Of a DNA stretch of 64,000 nt, positions 17,236 through 26,136 are shown piece by piece (position 1 is the first letter of the stretch; each line of letters starts with the position of its first letter). Origin of the DNA: an uncultured Gammaproteobacteria bacterium (lineage in GTDB: Bacteria > Patescibacteriota > Microgenomatia > UBA8517); contig CAZAXL010000005.1 in NCBI GenBank assembly GCA_964489145.1, positions 7,255 to 71,254 on the forward strand, in the 5' to 3' direction. The translations under genes were made by a program, and so were the position numbers. Below the pieces are notes generated by a model. That model was not told the origin of the DNA and searched no databases. It was given only the letters and a program-made list of their open reading frames with translations.

Positions 17236-17787
17236 ATGGCTGAAAGACTTGCTGAAAGGATAAACGAAATTGCTTCAGAATATCCAACTTCGCCCGTTGC
17301 ACCAGAATTTATAAGTAGAACCAAAGAAGGTGAATTAACTAGAGATGAAAATCCATATTCCCATTTTTGTGTTTATTTTGCGGGTTTTGACCGCGAAGCA
17401 GGAAAAGTCTTTATTGGCCATCATAAGAAATCAGGATTGTGGCTTTTTAATGGTGGGCATATAGACAAGGGAGAAACACCCGAAGAAGCCTTAGAAAGGG
17501 AGATGGGTGAAGAATGGGGCGTAAAAATTGATTTACAAAGTATTGGTAAGCCAAAATTGCTGACAATAACTCCAATTCAACATCCAACAATAAAATGTAA
17601 GCGACATTTTGATATTTGGTATTTTATTCCTCTCTCAGAGATAGATTTTAAGCCTGACCAAGCCTTATTAGATACGGAGTTTTATACAACCGACTGGAAA
17701 GGTATAGAAGATGCTAAAGCTTTGATTATCGACATGGCTACTCTTAAAGGAATCTCAGAATTTGAAAAGATTTTTAGTAAGAAATAA
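17236..17787 (+). CDS. NUDIX hydrolase
   Basis: Nudix box 'GGHIDKGETPEEALEREMGEEWGV'. Confidence 0.8.
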   Translation: MAERLAERINEIASEYPTSPVAPEFISRTKEGELTRDENPYSHFCVYFAGFDREAGKVFIGHHKKSGLWLFNGGHIDKGETPEEALEREMGEEWGVKIDLQSIGKPKLLTITPIQHPTIKCKRHFDIWYFIPLSEIDFKPDQALLDTEFYTTDWKGIEDAKALIIDMATLKGISEFEKIFSKK

Positions 17788-17907
17788 CTTCAATGTTCAA
17801 TTCCTCTCAGGGTTTAGGATGGTCTGATATAGTTTTTTGAGGCTAAATAATTTACAGGAAGTCGTAAATGATGTTAGAACTTATTACGCTCTTCTTCAAG
17901 AGCCTTG

Positions 17908-18447
17908 TTATATTCCAGTACTTTTATGATTCTTACCGCGACTTCTTTGTTGTGCTTCAAAAACACTTGTGCATATCGATAACGCGATTTCCATTTCGGA
18001 TGATTGGGGTCTAATATTATCCCAGTCAATATCTTTTATTGGCGCAAAATTTGCTAAAAATTTCATTATTTTTATTTCACCTGGATCATTTTCATTATCA
18101 TAAAATACCCAAAAATCATAGCCTGGGTGATCGAGGTATACAGAAGTGATATTTGTTCCAAACTTAGTCAGGACATACTCATTCTTGGTTTTTGGCTTAT
18201 ACACCTCTAAATATACGGTTTCTTGTCCCTTATCTTTTATTCCCGAGGTTCCCAGTTCGATAAAAGCGCCACCAACTAGGGGAATTTTCAAAGGTTTACC
18301 TAACTCCATATTATTCTCACTTAAAGTTGCGGGTAAGAGATCTCTTTCATCCCATATGCCTTGGACGACGGAATAGATCTTGCTCATTTGTCGATCACTT
18401 ATCTTGGGAGGTTCTTCTACCTCTATCGTGTTTTCACCCTCGCTCAT
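17908..18447 (-). CDS. Hypothetical protein
   Basis: 179-aa ORF. Starts 2 nt downstream of tRNA-Trp. Confidence 0.4.
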   Translation of the reverse strand: MSEGENTIEVEEPPKISDRQMSKIYSVVQGIWDERDLLPATLSENNMELGKPLKIPLVGGAFIELGTSGIKDKGQETVYLEVYKPKTKNEYVLTKFGTNITSVYLDHPGYDFWVFYDNENDPGEIKIMKFLANFAPIKDIDWDNIRPQSSEMEIALSICTSVFEAQQRSRGKNHKSTGI

Positions 18448-18448
18448 T

Positions 18449-18522
18449 TGGCAGGGGCGGAGGGAATTGAACCCCCATTAACGGTTTTGGAGACCGCTGT
18501 TCTGCCGTTTAACTACGCCCCT
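18449..18522 (-). tRNA. tRNA-Trp (anticodon CCA), CCA encoded
   Basis: Cloverleaf read by eye. Acceptor AGGGGCG/CGCCCCT, anticodon loop CTCCAAA, T-loop TTCAATT. Confidence 0.85.
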
Positions 18523-18570
18523 TTATCGACAACTATTAATTTTACCTTATGTAGCTTGTGAGGGCAAAGG

Positions 18571-18621
18571 AAGGAAAAATAAAGGGCGTTTCTACACAAA
18601 AATTTCTTGTATAAAAACGCC
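18571..18621 (-). terminator. Possible stem-loop terminator after the 114-aa ORF
   Basis: 'GGGCGTTT...AAACGCCC' 8-bp stem with a long loop, followed on the minus strand by a T-rich tract. Weak. Confidence 0.3.
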
Positions 18622-18642
18622 CAAATAAATGGTGCCTAGAAT

Positions 18643-18987
18643 TTATTTTTCGGCAGATAGTTCTGCTATAAATTTCTTCTGGGCTTCTGAAACAAACCTA
18701 CAAATTGGGTCATAATCAACATTCGAATTTTTGTATGCATTACAAATATCATTGCGAATGTCATCAAATAACCGACTAATCAGGTTGACCAAACTTTCAT
18801 TTGGCTTGTTGTTGCCTTGACTGGAAAAGGGATGCCCATTTCTGGTAACTGTGATTTTGGCTGACCAGTCCCAAAGGGTGATTGACTGACGTCCCTTGAC
18901 TGCTTCAATATATATCTCGACCTTACTTTCCTTTCCGCCAGCCCGATTTTCCAAAATGCCTTTTTCTGACAAACTTTTCCGTGACAT
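18643..18987 (-). CDS. Hypothetical protein
   Basis: 114-aa ORF. Confidence 0.35.
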   Translation of the reverse strand: MSRKSLSEKGILENRAGGKESKVEIYIEAVKGRQSITLWDWSAKITVTRNGHPFSSQGNNKPNESLVNLISRLFDDIRNDICNAYKNSNVDYDPICRFVSEAQKKFIAELSAEK

Positions 18988-19129
18988 TTCCTTTTCCTCC
19001 TCAATGTGTAAGTGCGAATTTTTTCACCGCAATTGGTGAATGGGGGAATGATATCCCAAACAGCTTCGAAAGTCAATTAACTATAAGGTATGTAAGGATT
19101 TTTGGATTAAGTAGCTTTAATGGTATACA

Positions 19130-19597
19130 ATGTGTCCCAAACGAATGGCAAACATTGAATTACAATCACAGTCACAAATTAATTATGAGTTGGTAGGAAA
19201 AAAGCTATTATCGGGAGAGGTTATGAATGATGTGGAGAAAAATTCTGTTTTTGGAATCGCAACAAAATTTGCCTCAGATTTAGTTGATGATAAGGCAGAC
19301 TCTCTACGCGGACTATCGCAACAAAGCCAAGATGTGAGAGATCACATGAATGTGATAGTGCTGGACAGATTGGTTTCTTTATATCAGAGCGGTTCTACTG
19401 TAATGTTTGAAAATCTGAAAAAGACGGTATGTGATTCACTTTTAATTAAAAAAAATAGATTGTCCGATGAAAGGCTATACGCTTTTCTAAGCTCCAGCCT
19501 TGACCAATACTTTGGAAATGAAATAAGCAGCGAAGTCAAAAAGGGTATGGACTTCATCCGTGAAACAGTTGAGCTCATTGTTCCCACTAAAATCTGA
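19130..19597 (+). CDS. Hypothetical protein
   Basis: 155-aa ORF. Confidence 0.35.
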   Translation: MCPKRMANIELQSQSQINYELVGKKLLSGEVMNDVEKNSVFGIATKFASDLVDDKADSLRGLSQQSQDVRDHMNVIVLDRLVSLYQSGSTVMFENLKKTVCDSLLIKKNRLSDERLYAFLSSSLDQYFGNEISSEVKKGMDFIRETVELIVPTKI

Positions 19598-19607
19598 CGG
19601 TTGTCAA

Positions 19608-19799
19608 TTACTTTAGTTTTGAAGATTCCTTGTGAATCTGAACTTTCCTGCAATTGTGACAGTATTTCTTCAGTTCAAGTTTTGAGTCTTTTTTTCCTTT
19701 TAACTCCATATTAACTTTGTTTCTTTCTGTAATATAATTTTGGTTTTTGCAAACAGAACAAATCAAAGCCACAATTTCTCTAGCACCTTTTTTAGCCAT
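19608..19799 (-). CDS. rpmG: 50S ribosomal protein L33
   Basis: 63 aa. Zn-ribbon 'CSVCKNQNY...CHNCRK'. Confidence 0.85.
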   Translation of the reverse strand: MAKKGAREIVALICSVCKNQNYITERNKVNMELKGKKDSKLELKKYCHNCRKVQIHKESSKLK

Positions 19800-19851
19800 G
19801 GGGATATTCTAGCAAATTATATGTGAATAGTGAATAGTGAATAGTAATTTG
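19800..19851 (-). promoter_or_regulatory. Putative rpmG promoter: three tandem 'TATTCAC' heptamers + TATAAT
   Basis: Minus sense 'TATTCACTATTCACTATTCACATATAATTTGCTAGAATATCCCCATG'. Confidence 0.4.
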
Positions 19852-19923
19852 AGCCTGAGGTGAGGATTGAACTCACGACCCCGTACTTACCAAGTACGTG
19901 CTCTACCACTGAGCTACCCAGGC
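19852..19923 (-). tRNA. tRNA-Thr (anticodon GGT)
   Basis: GCCTGGG/CTCAGGC acceptor, D-arm GCTCAGTGGTAGAGC, anticodon loop TTGGTAA, T-arm GTGAGTTCAATCCTCAC. Confidence 0.85.
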
Positions 19924-19983
19924 GAGTCACCGAACCTGGGTAGAGAAAGTGGCAAGATTTTCTTACCACTGAGCTACCCAGGC
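19924..19983 (-). repeat. Self-complementary partial copy of the tRNA-Thr(GGT) 5' half directly upstream of the tRNA
   Basis: A 22-nt copy 'GCCTGGGTAGCTCAGTGGTAAG' plus its complement 'CTACCCAGG' form a long hairpin abutting the mature 5' end. Confidence 0.6.
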
Positions 19984-19995
19984 AAATAAAACAAG

Positions 19996-20080
19996 TGCTG
20001 AGGTCAGGATTCGAACCTGAGTAGCCCTTTCGGACGCGAGATTTACAGTCTCGTGCGTTTGACCGCTCCGCCACCTCAGC
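19996..20080 (-). tRNA. tRNA-Tyr (anticodon GTA), long variable arm
   Basis: Anticodon stem-loop CGAGA-CTGTAAA-TCTCG, T-arm TCAGGTTCGAATCCTGA, 85 nt. Confidence 0.85.
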
Positions 20081-20084
20081 GCTG

Positions 20085-20156
20085 AGCCGACGAGAGGATT
20101 CGAACCTCTGACTTGCTGTTTACAAAACAGCTACTCTACCACTGAGTTACGCCGGC
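20085..20156 (-). tRNA. tRNA-Thr (anticodon TGT)
   Basis: GCCGGCG acceptor, D-arm ACTCAGTGGTAGAGT, anticodon loop TTTGTAA, T-arm AGAGGTTCGAATCCTCT. Only 4 nt from tRNA-Tyr. Confidence 0.8.
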
Positions 20157-20226
20157 AAGCGTATATCCGGCGTAACATTGTTTTTCTCAGTGGCCAAGCT
20201 ATTGCTTACCACTGAGTTACGCCGGC
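20157..20226 (-). repeat. Self-complementary partial copy of the tRNA-Thr(TGT) 5' half directly upstream of the tRNA
   Basis: 'GCCGGCGTAACTCAGTGG...CCACTGAG...TTACGCCGG' is a nested inverted repeat of 9 + 8 bp built from this tRNA's own 5' sequence. Confidence 0.6.
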
Positions 20227-20264
20227 GCTAATGAATTATATCAATAAATGAAGCTATTTACGAG

Positions 20265-20420
20265 GAAAAAAGACCCTGCCTCAAAAAGTCCGGCTGCATT
20301 CCTGGATAAACCAGGTGGGTAAGCTGCCTTCCTCAGCATGAAAGCTTTGGTTGGACTCCGCTTTCCCAAAGCACTTTTATTTGATCAGGAAATTTAAACC
20401 GAACACTTTTCGACAGGGTC
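20265..20420 (-). ncRNA. Candidate about 155-nt structured RNA / structured 3' UTR downstream of the M50 gene
   Basis: Long-range 7-bp closing helix GACCCUG...CAGGGUC followed by U6. Internal hairpins GCUUUGG/CCAAAGC, CCUGG/CCAGG, GCUG-AGGAAGG-CAGC. Confidence 0.2.
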
Positions 20421-20448
20421 CACATTAATTATATCAGAGGTGCACAAG

Positions 20449-21099
20449 TCAGATGGATGAGAACCCGGGAATAAGAAGTTTGAGAAAAATATTAATTACG
20501 GGACTAATAACAAGTGTAGCCAAGGAACTCCCACCGAAAATGGGAAAGATTAAAGCCAGGATCAGAATCATTCCAAACTTGTCCAAAAAATCACCAAAAG
20601 CCTTGGCCTGTTTATTGGGAAGAAGGCCGGTGAGGATCTTAGTGCCGTCAAGGGGACCAATCGGGATTAGGTTGAAGATTGCAAGAACAATATTGAATTC
20701 GATAACGTAGAAAAACATTGCAAAAATGTTTGTGTTGGGAAAGACCGTTAAAATGATTCTCAAGAATATGGATAAAACAAGTGCGAAAGAAATGTTCGCA
20801 AGAGGTCCTGCAAGAGAGATAAGTGCCAGATCTTTTTTTGGATGCTGAAGATTGTACGGATCGACGGGTACCGGTTTTGCCCAACCGAAAAGAAAAGGTG
20901 AGCGGAGTATCAAAAGAGTCAGGGGAAGGATAATACTGCCAACAATATCGATATGAGAAATTGGGTTAAGAGTAAGGCGTCCCATGATTCTTGCAGTTGG
21001 GTCTCCCAACCTTTCAGCCACAAGTCCGTGGGCGACTTCATGCAAAATAATTGCCAGGGCAAAACCCATAATTCCGATTATTAGTATTAGGATATCCAT
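20449..21099 (-). CDS. Site-2-protease-family (M50) zinc metalloprotease, membrane
   Basis: 'HEVAHG' HExxH in TM1, multiple TM helices, 'LIPIGPLDG'. Confidence 0.8.
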   Translation of the reverse strand: MDILILIIGIMGFALAIILHEVAHGLVAERLGDPTARIMGRLTLNPISHIDIVGSIILPLTLLILRSPFLFGWAKPVPVDPYNLQHPKKDLALISLAGPLANISFALVLSIFLRIILTVFPNTNIFAMFFYVIEFNIVLAIFNLIPIGPLDGTKILTGLLPNKQAKAFGDFLDKFGMILILALIFPIFGGSSLATLVISPVINIFLKLLIPGFSSI

Positions 21100-21150
21100 T
21101 GCGGTTTAAAGTAGTTAATAGTATAATCTACGGAAGCTAAAAATAAAAAT

Positions 21151-21414
21151 ATGGCATATATTTGCGACAATTGCGGAAAAGGAACAGTCCATGGCCGTCA
21201 GAGCACACACGGCAGAGGCGTTGCTGGAAAAAGATGGAAGAAAAGAGCACAGAAGACACCTCGATTATTTAAGCCCAATCTCCAAAAGATTGCTGTGGTA
21301 GTTGCCGGCAAAAAAACTCAAATGAAGCTTTGTGCAAGCTGTATTTCCAAGTTCAGAAAGATCGGAAAAATTAAAAAACCTCAAGCAGCTTCCTCAAAAG
21401 CTGCCTCTTTGTAA
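21151..21414 (+). CDS. rpmB: 50S ribosomal protein L28 (C-terminal extension)
   Basis: 'CDNCGKGTVHGRQSTHG....KRWKKRAQKTPRLFKPNLQK' is the L28 pattern. Confidence 0.8.
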   Translation: MAYICDNCGKGTVHGRQSTHGRGVAGKRWKKRAQKTPRLFKPNLQKIAVVVAGKKTQMKLCASCISKFRKIGKIKKPQAASSKAASL

Positions 21415-21431
21415 GCAAAGCTTGGCCCTGC

Positions 21432-22304
21432 TCAGCAGAATCGCATCGCATTGTAACCTTCTTTAAATTGTTTCCAGGTTACAGGCTCTTTGCCTTCCAG
21501 TTGAACTTCGTCCAGAACCAGTTTTTCGTCTTCAAGATGTACTTTTAATATTTTTAATCTCTTATTCTTTTCATCCGTGGTTGATAAACGGATAAATGTC
21601 CAAGCTCCCGGCCAGGGGTACATGGCTCTTACTAACTTTTCAATCTCAGCCGGAGTTTTTTTATCTATGTTGAAAAAGCCATCCTCCTTTTTCATAATTT
21701 TTGTGAATGTCGCCTCTTTGTCGTTCTGTGCCTTTAAATTAATTTTACCCCGGATGTAAGGTTCCAGTAGCTCAACTAAAACGTCAGCCGATTTTTCAAA
21801 TAGGCGATTTCTTAAAGTTTCCGCGGTATCGTCTGTAAGTATTTCTTCTTTTGATTGAGAGATAATTGGTCCATGATCCATTTTTTCATCCATTTTAATA
21901 ATTGAAACACCTGTAATTTCATCCCCATTGGCAATGGCAGCGGGAACCGGAGAGGCACCTCTGTATTTTGGCAAAAGAGAGGGGTGAATTACTAAAATTC
22001 CTTGGGAAAAAAGATCGATGACATCTTTTTTGATAATTTCCCCATATGATGCCAGTATTCCCAGGTTAGCGTCAGGGGGACTATCAATCAGATCATTCGC
22101 AGAATAATAAATTGGAATTTTATGCTCATGCGCCCATTTATCGATGGGAGAATATGCAAGAATTTGCTTTCTGCCGATGGGCTTTGGTGGCTGAGTTACA
22201 ACGGCAGTTATGGGAGATTTTCCCGGCCCGGTCACAAATTTTTTGTGAATCGCAGTCAAAATCGGCAGAACGTAAACTGGTGTACCAAAGAAAACTATTT
22301 TCAT
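21432..22304 (-). CDS. fmt: Methionyl-tRNA formyltransferase
   Basis: 'MKIVFFGTP', 'SLLPKYRGASPV'. def lies immediately upstream. Confidence 0.9.
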   Translation of the reverse strand: MKIVFFGTPVYVLPILTAIHKKFVTGPGKSPITAVVTQPPKPIGRKQILAYSPIDKWAHEHKIPIYYSANDLIDSPPDANLGILASYGEIIKKDVIDLFSQGILVIHPSLLPKYRGASPVPAAIANGDEITGVSIIKMDEKMDHGPIISQSKEEILTDDTAETLRNRLFEKSADVLVELLEPYIRGKINLKAQNDKEATFTKIMKKEDGFFNIDKKTPAEIEKLVRAMYPWPGAWTFIRLSTTDEKNKRLKILKVHLEDEKLVLDEVQLEGKEPVTWKQFKEGYNAMRFC

Positions 22305-22361
22305 ATATTTATATATCCCTTCGGCCGTTGCCTCAGGATTTCGCTTTCCTACGAAAGCTCA
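22302..22361 (-). promoter_or_regulatory. Conserved stop-hairpin-SD-AT spacer-start cassette (copy 2, def/fmt junction)
   Basis: Minus sense 'GAGCTTTCGTAGGAAAGCGAAATCCTGAGGCAACGGCCGAAGGGATATATAAATATATG'. Confidence 0.5.
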
Positions 22362-22882
22362 ATCTCCTCCCATTCATCACCCTCAACTTTGTAGAGAGGT
22401 TTCCCCTCGCTTAAAAGATGGTCTATAAAAAGAATTCCCTCAAGGTGGTCAATTTCATGCATAATTATTTGGGCGTGGAAACCCTCAAAAGTTTCCGTTA
22501 ATGTTTTTCCTTTTTCGTCTAAATATTTAATTGTTACTTTAGCAGCACGTTTTAAAGGACCGTAGTAATAGGGAAGTGAAAGACATCCTTCAAGGATTTC
22601 TTTCTTGCTCTGCCTGGCTTTAGCGGAGTGGGATTGGCTTCCTACTTTTACGATTTCCGGATTAATGACAACTTTTTCAAAATCTTTATATTTAGCCACA
22701 AAAATCCTTAAATTTTTTCCTATTTGGGGGGCGGCAAGTCCGACACCTTCCGGGTCTTTTTGTATACTCAGCGTATCTCTAAGGTCTTTTATAAGATCCT
22801 TAATCTTTTTATCGATCTTAGGAACCGGTCTAGATTTCTTTCGCAAAATAGGGTTATTTGAGAGGACAATTTTTCTAATCAT
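22349..22882 (-). CDS. def: Peptide deformylase
   Basis: 'GLAAPQIG', 'EGCLSLP', 'HEIDHLEG'. Confidence 0.9.
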   Translation of the reverse strand: MIRKIVLSNNPILRKKSRPVPKIDKKIKDLIKDLRDTLSIQKDPEGVGLAAPQIGKNLRIFVAKYKDFEKVVINPEIVKVGSQSHSAKARQSKKEILEGCLSLPYYYGPLKRAAKVTIKYLDEKGKTLTETFEGFHAQIIMHEIDHLEGILFIDHLLSEGKPLYKVEGDEWEEIELS

Positions 22883-22925
22883 ACCCGAATTATATCAAAA
22901 AATCGGCCAATCTGGAAGAAAAGCT

Positions 22926-24950
22926 TTAATTAATACTTTCCAGATATTGTTTTGACATGGAGTCTGTGGGGTCTATATTTGTCAGTATATATTCAAGTTG
23001 GGTTCTTGCTTCTGAGTTTTCCTTTGCGTCAATGAGGAGAATGGCATAAGCAAGTCTGGCATCCTTATAATTTGATTTTAACTCAACAGTCTCCTTGAGG
23101 GTTTGAAGCGCTAAATCATTTTGTCCGATTCTGGAATAAATTAAACCTAAGTTGTAGCGGATTTTAGCATCAGTTGGCGCCTGCATGGCTGCAGCAACAA
23201 GAACATCTCTGGCATTCAAGAGATAATTCGGATCAATTACGGAAAGCATAACAAAAACCCCAAACTCCATTCTTTTGAGATTTAAATTTGCCGGAGAAAG
23301 ATTGACTGCCTTAATGGAGTTATCAATCGCAGCCTCGGTCAATTGTAAAGTTGTTGTAGACTCTTTCGCCTGGTTATAGGAAAGGGCAAGATTGGTATAT
23401 GATTTCGCGAGCTCTGCATAATAAATGCTTTGATCCGGCTCCAGTTTTATTGCTTTGTTTAAGTATTGTGACGCAAGGTCCTGTCTTCCTACTTTGTTGT
23501 AGCTAAGACCTTTTGCATAAAGATAGTCTACATACCAGTATCTGGAGGTGGTGAAGAGAAAATAGGCGGCGATAGAGATTAAAACCCAGTTTAAAACTTT
23601 CTGATTCGGGGTTAAATTCATTTTTTGTTCCTTTTTCAATACATCTTCCATAGCGAGAATCACTGAAAAAGCAGGGTACAGGAAAAATAAAAGCTGTATT
23701 GGTATTACGGAAAACCCGAAAAAGTTAGTGATAAGAATTGAAATATATCCGGAGATAAATGCGGTGGACATTAAAGAATTGGAATGAAAATTTTTGACCA
23801 TCAAATAAATTGAAAACCCGATCATTGTCAGGTAAGCGATGATACCCACGACCCCCGTATTTGCAAGAAAATTGAGATATTCATTGTGTGCTTTATTGTA
23901 AATAAAATCCCACTCGCTGGTCATGTTGTGTGCGGCTGGGCGGTAGAGATAGTAAGAATAGGCAAAAGTTTCGACACCACTTCCGAATATAGGATAGTGT
24001 TTCCAAACATCGATCGCACCCTGCCAAACAATTTTTCGGATTGTTCCGGATTCGGTTCCGCCGGTTTCCAAAGCTGTTGCTCCTGTTTGAGTAGATATTG
24101 CCGGTTGGATGTTCTGAGACCCCTCAATGATCTTAAAAATACTTGGTGTAAACTGGGTTCCAAAAATTAAAGCTGCAACCGCCAGGAGCATATTAGAAAT
24201 GAGAAACTTTTTAAGATATTTAAATCTACTTTTTAAAAATATAATTCCCCAGAATACAATTTCGGCCACAGCGAAACCAAGAATTCCAGAACGCGAACCT
24301 GTAAAAAGCAAGACCGTAAAAAAGAGCAAACTGAGAAGATAAGGAACCGTCGAGGAAAAAGTAATTTTGTTCTTATCCAGCTTAAGTACTAATACCCAGG
24401 TTATTGGTATTAAAGCGGTAAGCCATGCGGCTAACCAATTGGGCTGTCCCAACGTCGAGAAAACCCTTTGTTGAACAGCCTGCTGCCAAATATCTTTATC
24501 GATTCCAAGACGTTCCAGAACGCCGTAGATAGAAACAATTACCGCCGAGCCAAGTGTAATATTAATTAATTTTTTGGCATCACTCTTATCAATATTTGAA
24601 ACAAATGCCCAGTAAAGAAGTAAATAGGAGAGAGTAGATAAAAGCCCGCCGTTAAATCTTGAATAATACCCGAGCCAGGAAGTTTGGGGATCAATTGATA
24701 TAAGCGTTGAAATTAACTGCGACCCCAAAAAAACAATGAGAGGGATGTCTAATATTGTGCGACGAAAGATAAGTTTTCTTTCTGAAACCATTCGCATTGC
24801 CCAGAAAGTGACTATTAAAATGGTTAAAAAGTATGTAATTACTATTTTGTTAAACTCAAAAAGTTCAGATGTGTAAGGCCACAAAATTAACGGCACCAGA
24901 AAAAGAAGAATTCCAAAAAGAGATAAAATTATTTTTTGAAATGATTTCAC
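22926..24950 (-). CDS. Large polytopic membrane protein with C-terminal TPR repeats (O-antigen-ligase/Wzy_C-like)
   Basis: 674 aa. About 12 TM helices, then TPR-like 'NLGLIYSRIGQNDLALQTLKETVELKSNYKDARLAYA'. Confidence 0.55.
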   Translation of the reverse strand: MKSFQKIILSLFGILLFLVPLILWPYTSELFEFNKIVITYFLTILIVTFWAMRMVSERKLIFRRTILDIPLIVFLGSQLISTLISIDPQTSWLGYYSRFNGGLLSTLSYLLLYWAFVSNIDKSDAKKLINITLGSAVIVSIYGVLERLGIDKDIWQQAVQQRVFSTLGQPNWLAAWLTALIPITWVLVLKLDKNKITFSSTVPYLLSLLFFTVLLFTGSRSGILGFAVAEIVFWGIIFLKSRFKYLKKFLISNMLLAVAALIFGTQFTPSIFKIIEGSQNIQPAISTQTGATALETGGTESGTIRKIVWQGAIDVWKHYPIFGSGVETFAYSYYLYRPAAHNMTSEWDFIYNKAHNEYLNFLANTGVVGIIAYLTMIGFSIYLMVKNFHSNSLMSTAFISGYISILITNFFGFSVIPIQLLFFLYPAFSVILAMEDVLKKEQKMNLTPNQKVLNWVLISIAAYFLFTTSRYWYVDYLYAKGLSYNKVGRQDLASQYLNKAIKLEPDQSIYYAELAKSYTNLALSYNQAKESTTTLQLTEAAIDNSIKAVNLSPANLNLKRMEFGVFVMLSVIDPNYLLNARDVLVAAAMQAPTDAKIRYNLGLIYSRIGQNDLALQTLKETVELKSNYKDARLAYAILLIDAKENSEARTQLEYILTNIDPTDSMSKQYLESIN

Positions 24951-25016
24951 AATTCATTTTAGCACACGACACCTCATAGACCCTTTGCAACTTTTCGTTA
25001 AATAGGTATACTCCTG

Positions 25017-26105
25017 TTGCTACTATATATGAAGATAATGAATCCTATCGATAGGTTTTTGGGAATTTTCTCACATGACATCGGCATTGATTTGGGGACG
25101 GCAAACACGCTGGTTTATGTCAGAGGAAAAGGAGTTGTTATAAGAGAACCCTCGGCCGTGGCCAGACATAAAAAAACAAAAGAAATTTTGGCAATCGGGA
25201 CCTCAGCCAAAAAAATGATGGGCAGAGCCCCCGTAACTATTGAAGTGGTAAGACCTTTAAGAGGTGGTGTTATTGCAGACTTTGATGCGACCGCCGCCAT
25301 GCTTTCCCACTATATTAAAAAAGTTCATGAAACAGAAAGTACTTTTCCAAAAATTCCGAGACCAAGAGTCGTAATCGGAATTCCTTCAGGAGTAACTGAA
25401 GTTGAAAGAAGAGCTGTTGCTGAGGCTGCAATTGATGCAGGAGCCCGGGAGGCCAATTTAATTGAAGAACCTATGGCTGCCGCAATTGGCGCGGGTCTTT
25501 TAGTTGAAGGGCCGGAAGGAAATTTTATCGTTGACATTGGAGGAGGAACCAGTGAAATTGCCGTAATTTCACTTGGTGGAATAGTTTTGGGAAGGAGCAT
25601 CAGAATTGCCGGAGACGAAATGGATGAGGCGATAATTAATTATGTAAGACTGAAATACTCGCTGCTTTTGGGTCAACCAACCGCAGAGGCTGTCAAAATA
25701 GGAGTCGGCGGAGTAGAAATAGGTGAAGACAAAGACGCACAAAAGGAAACAAAACTTACTGTTGTTAGGGGGCGTGATCTTGAAACAGGACTTCCGAAAT
25801 CCATAAAGCTGACAAGCGAAGAAATTCAAGAGGCTCTGAGTCCCATTCTGCAGGAAATAGTCGGTAACATTGTTGATACTATCGAAGAGACACCGCCGGA
25901 GCTAACCGGTGATATTATGAAAAAAGGAATTACCCTGGCAGGGGGCGGGTCGCTTATTCCCGGGATAGATAAAGCTATATCTGAAGCTGCAAAAATGCCG
26001 GTTTATGTTGCGGATGATCCTTTGACATGCGTGGTCAGGGGTTGTGGAATCTGTCTTGAGGACAATGGTTTATTAAAAAGAATAAGAGTCACTAAAGGTC
26101 TTTGA
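25017..26105 (+). CDS. mreB: Rod-shape-determining protein MreB
   Basis: 'DIGIDLGTANTLVYV', 'VVIGIPSGVTEVERRAV', 'DIGGGTSE'. Confidence 0.9.
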   Translation: MLLYMKIMNPIDRFLGIFSHDIGIDLGTANTLVYVRGKGVVIREPSAVARHKKTKEILAIGTSAKKMMGRAPVTIEVVRPLRGGVIADFDATAAMLSHYIKKVHETESTFPKIPRPRVVIGIPSGVTEVERRAVAEAAIDAGAREANLIEEPMAAAIGAGLLVEGPEGNFIVDIGGGTSEIAVISLGGIVLGRSIRIAGDEMDEAIINYVRLKYSLLLGQPTAEAVKIGVGGVEIGEDKDAQKETKLTVVRGRDLETGLPKSIKLTSEEIQEALSPILQEIVGNIVDTIEETPPELTGDIMKKGITLAGGGSLIPGIDKAISEAAKMPVYVADDPLTCVVRGCGICLEDNGLLKRIRVTKGL

Positions 26106-26136
26106 AAATTGTAAGTTGTTAATTGATAATTAAACT

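Noticed and set aside
19817-20074. 85-aa ORF on the minus strand
   Set aside because: It lies entirely over the tRNA-Thr/Tyr genes and their leaders, so it is an ORF-finder artefact.
19924-20226. tRNA partial duplications as attL/attR of an integrated element
   Set aside because: The copies are only about 22 nt and derive from the 5' half rather than the 3' end. They lie less than 70 nt from the intact gene, with no integrase nearby. They are interpreted as a local structural element.
20265-20420. SRP (4.5S) RNA identification
   Set aside because: A 'GGAAGGCAGC' stretch resembles domain IV, but the CC-GGAA-GG tetraloop context and the symmetric loop are missing. It is kept only as a generic structured-RNA candidate.
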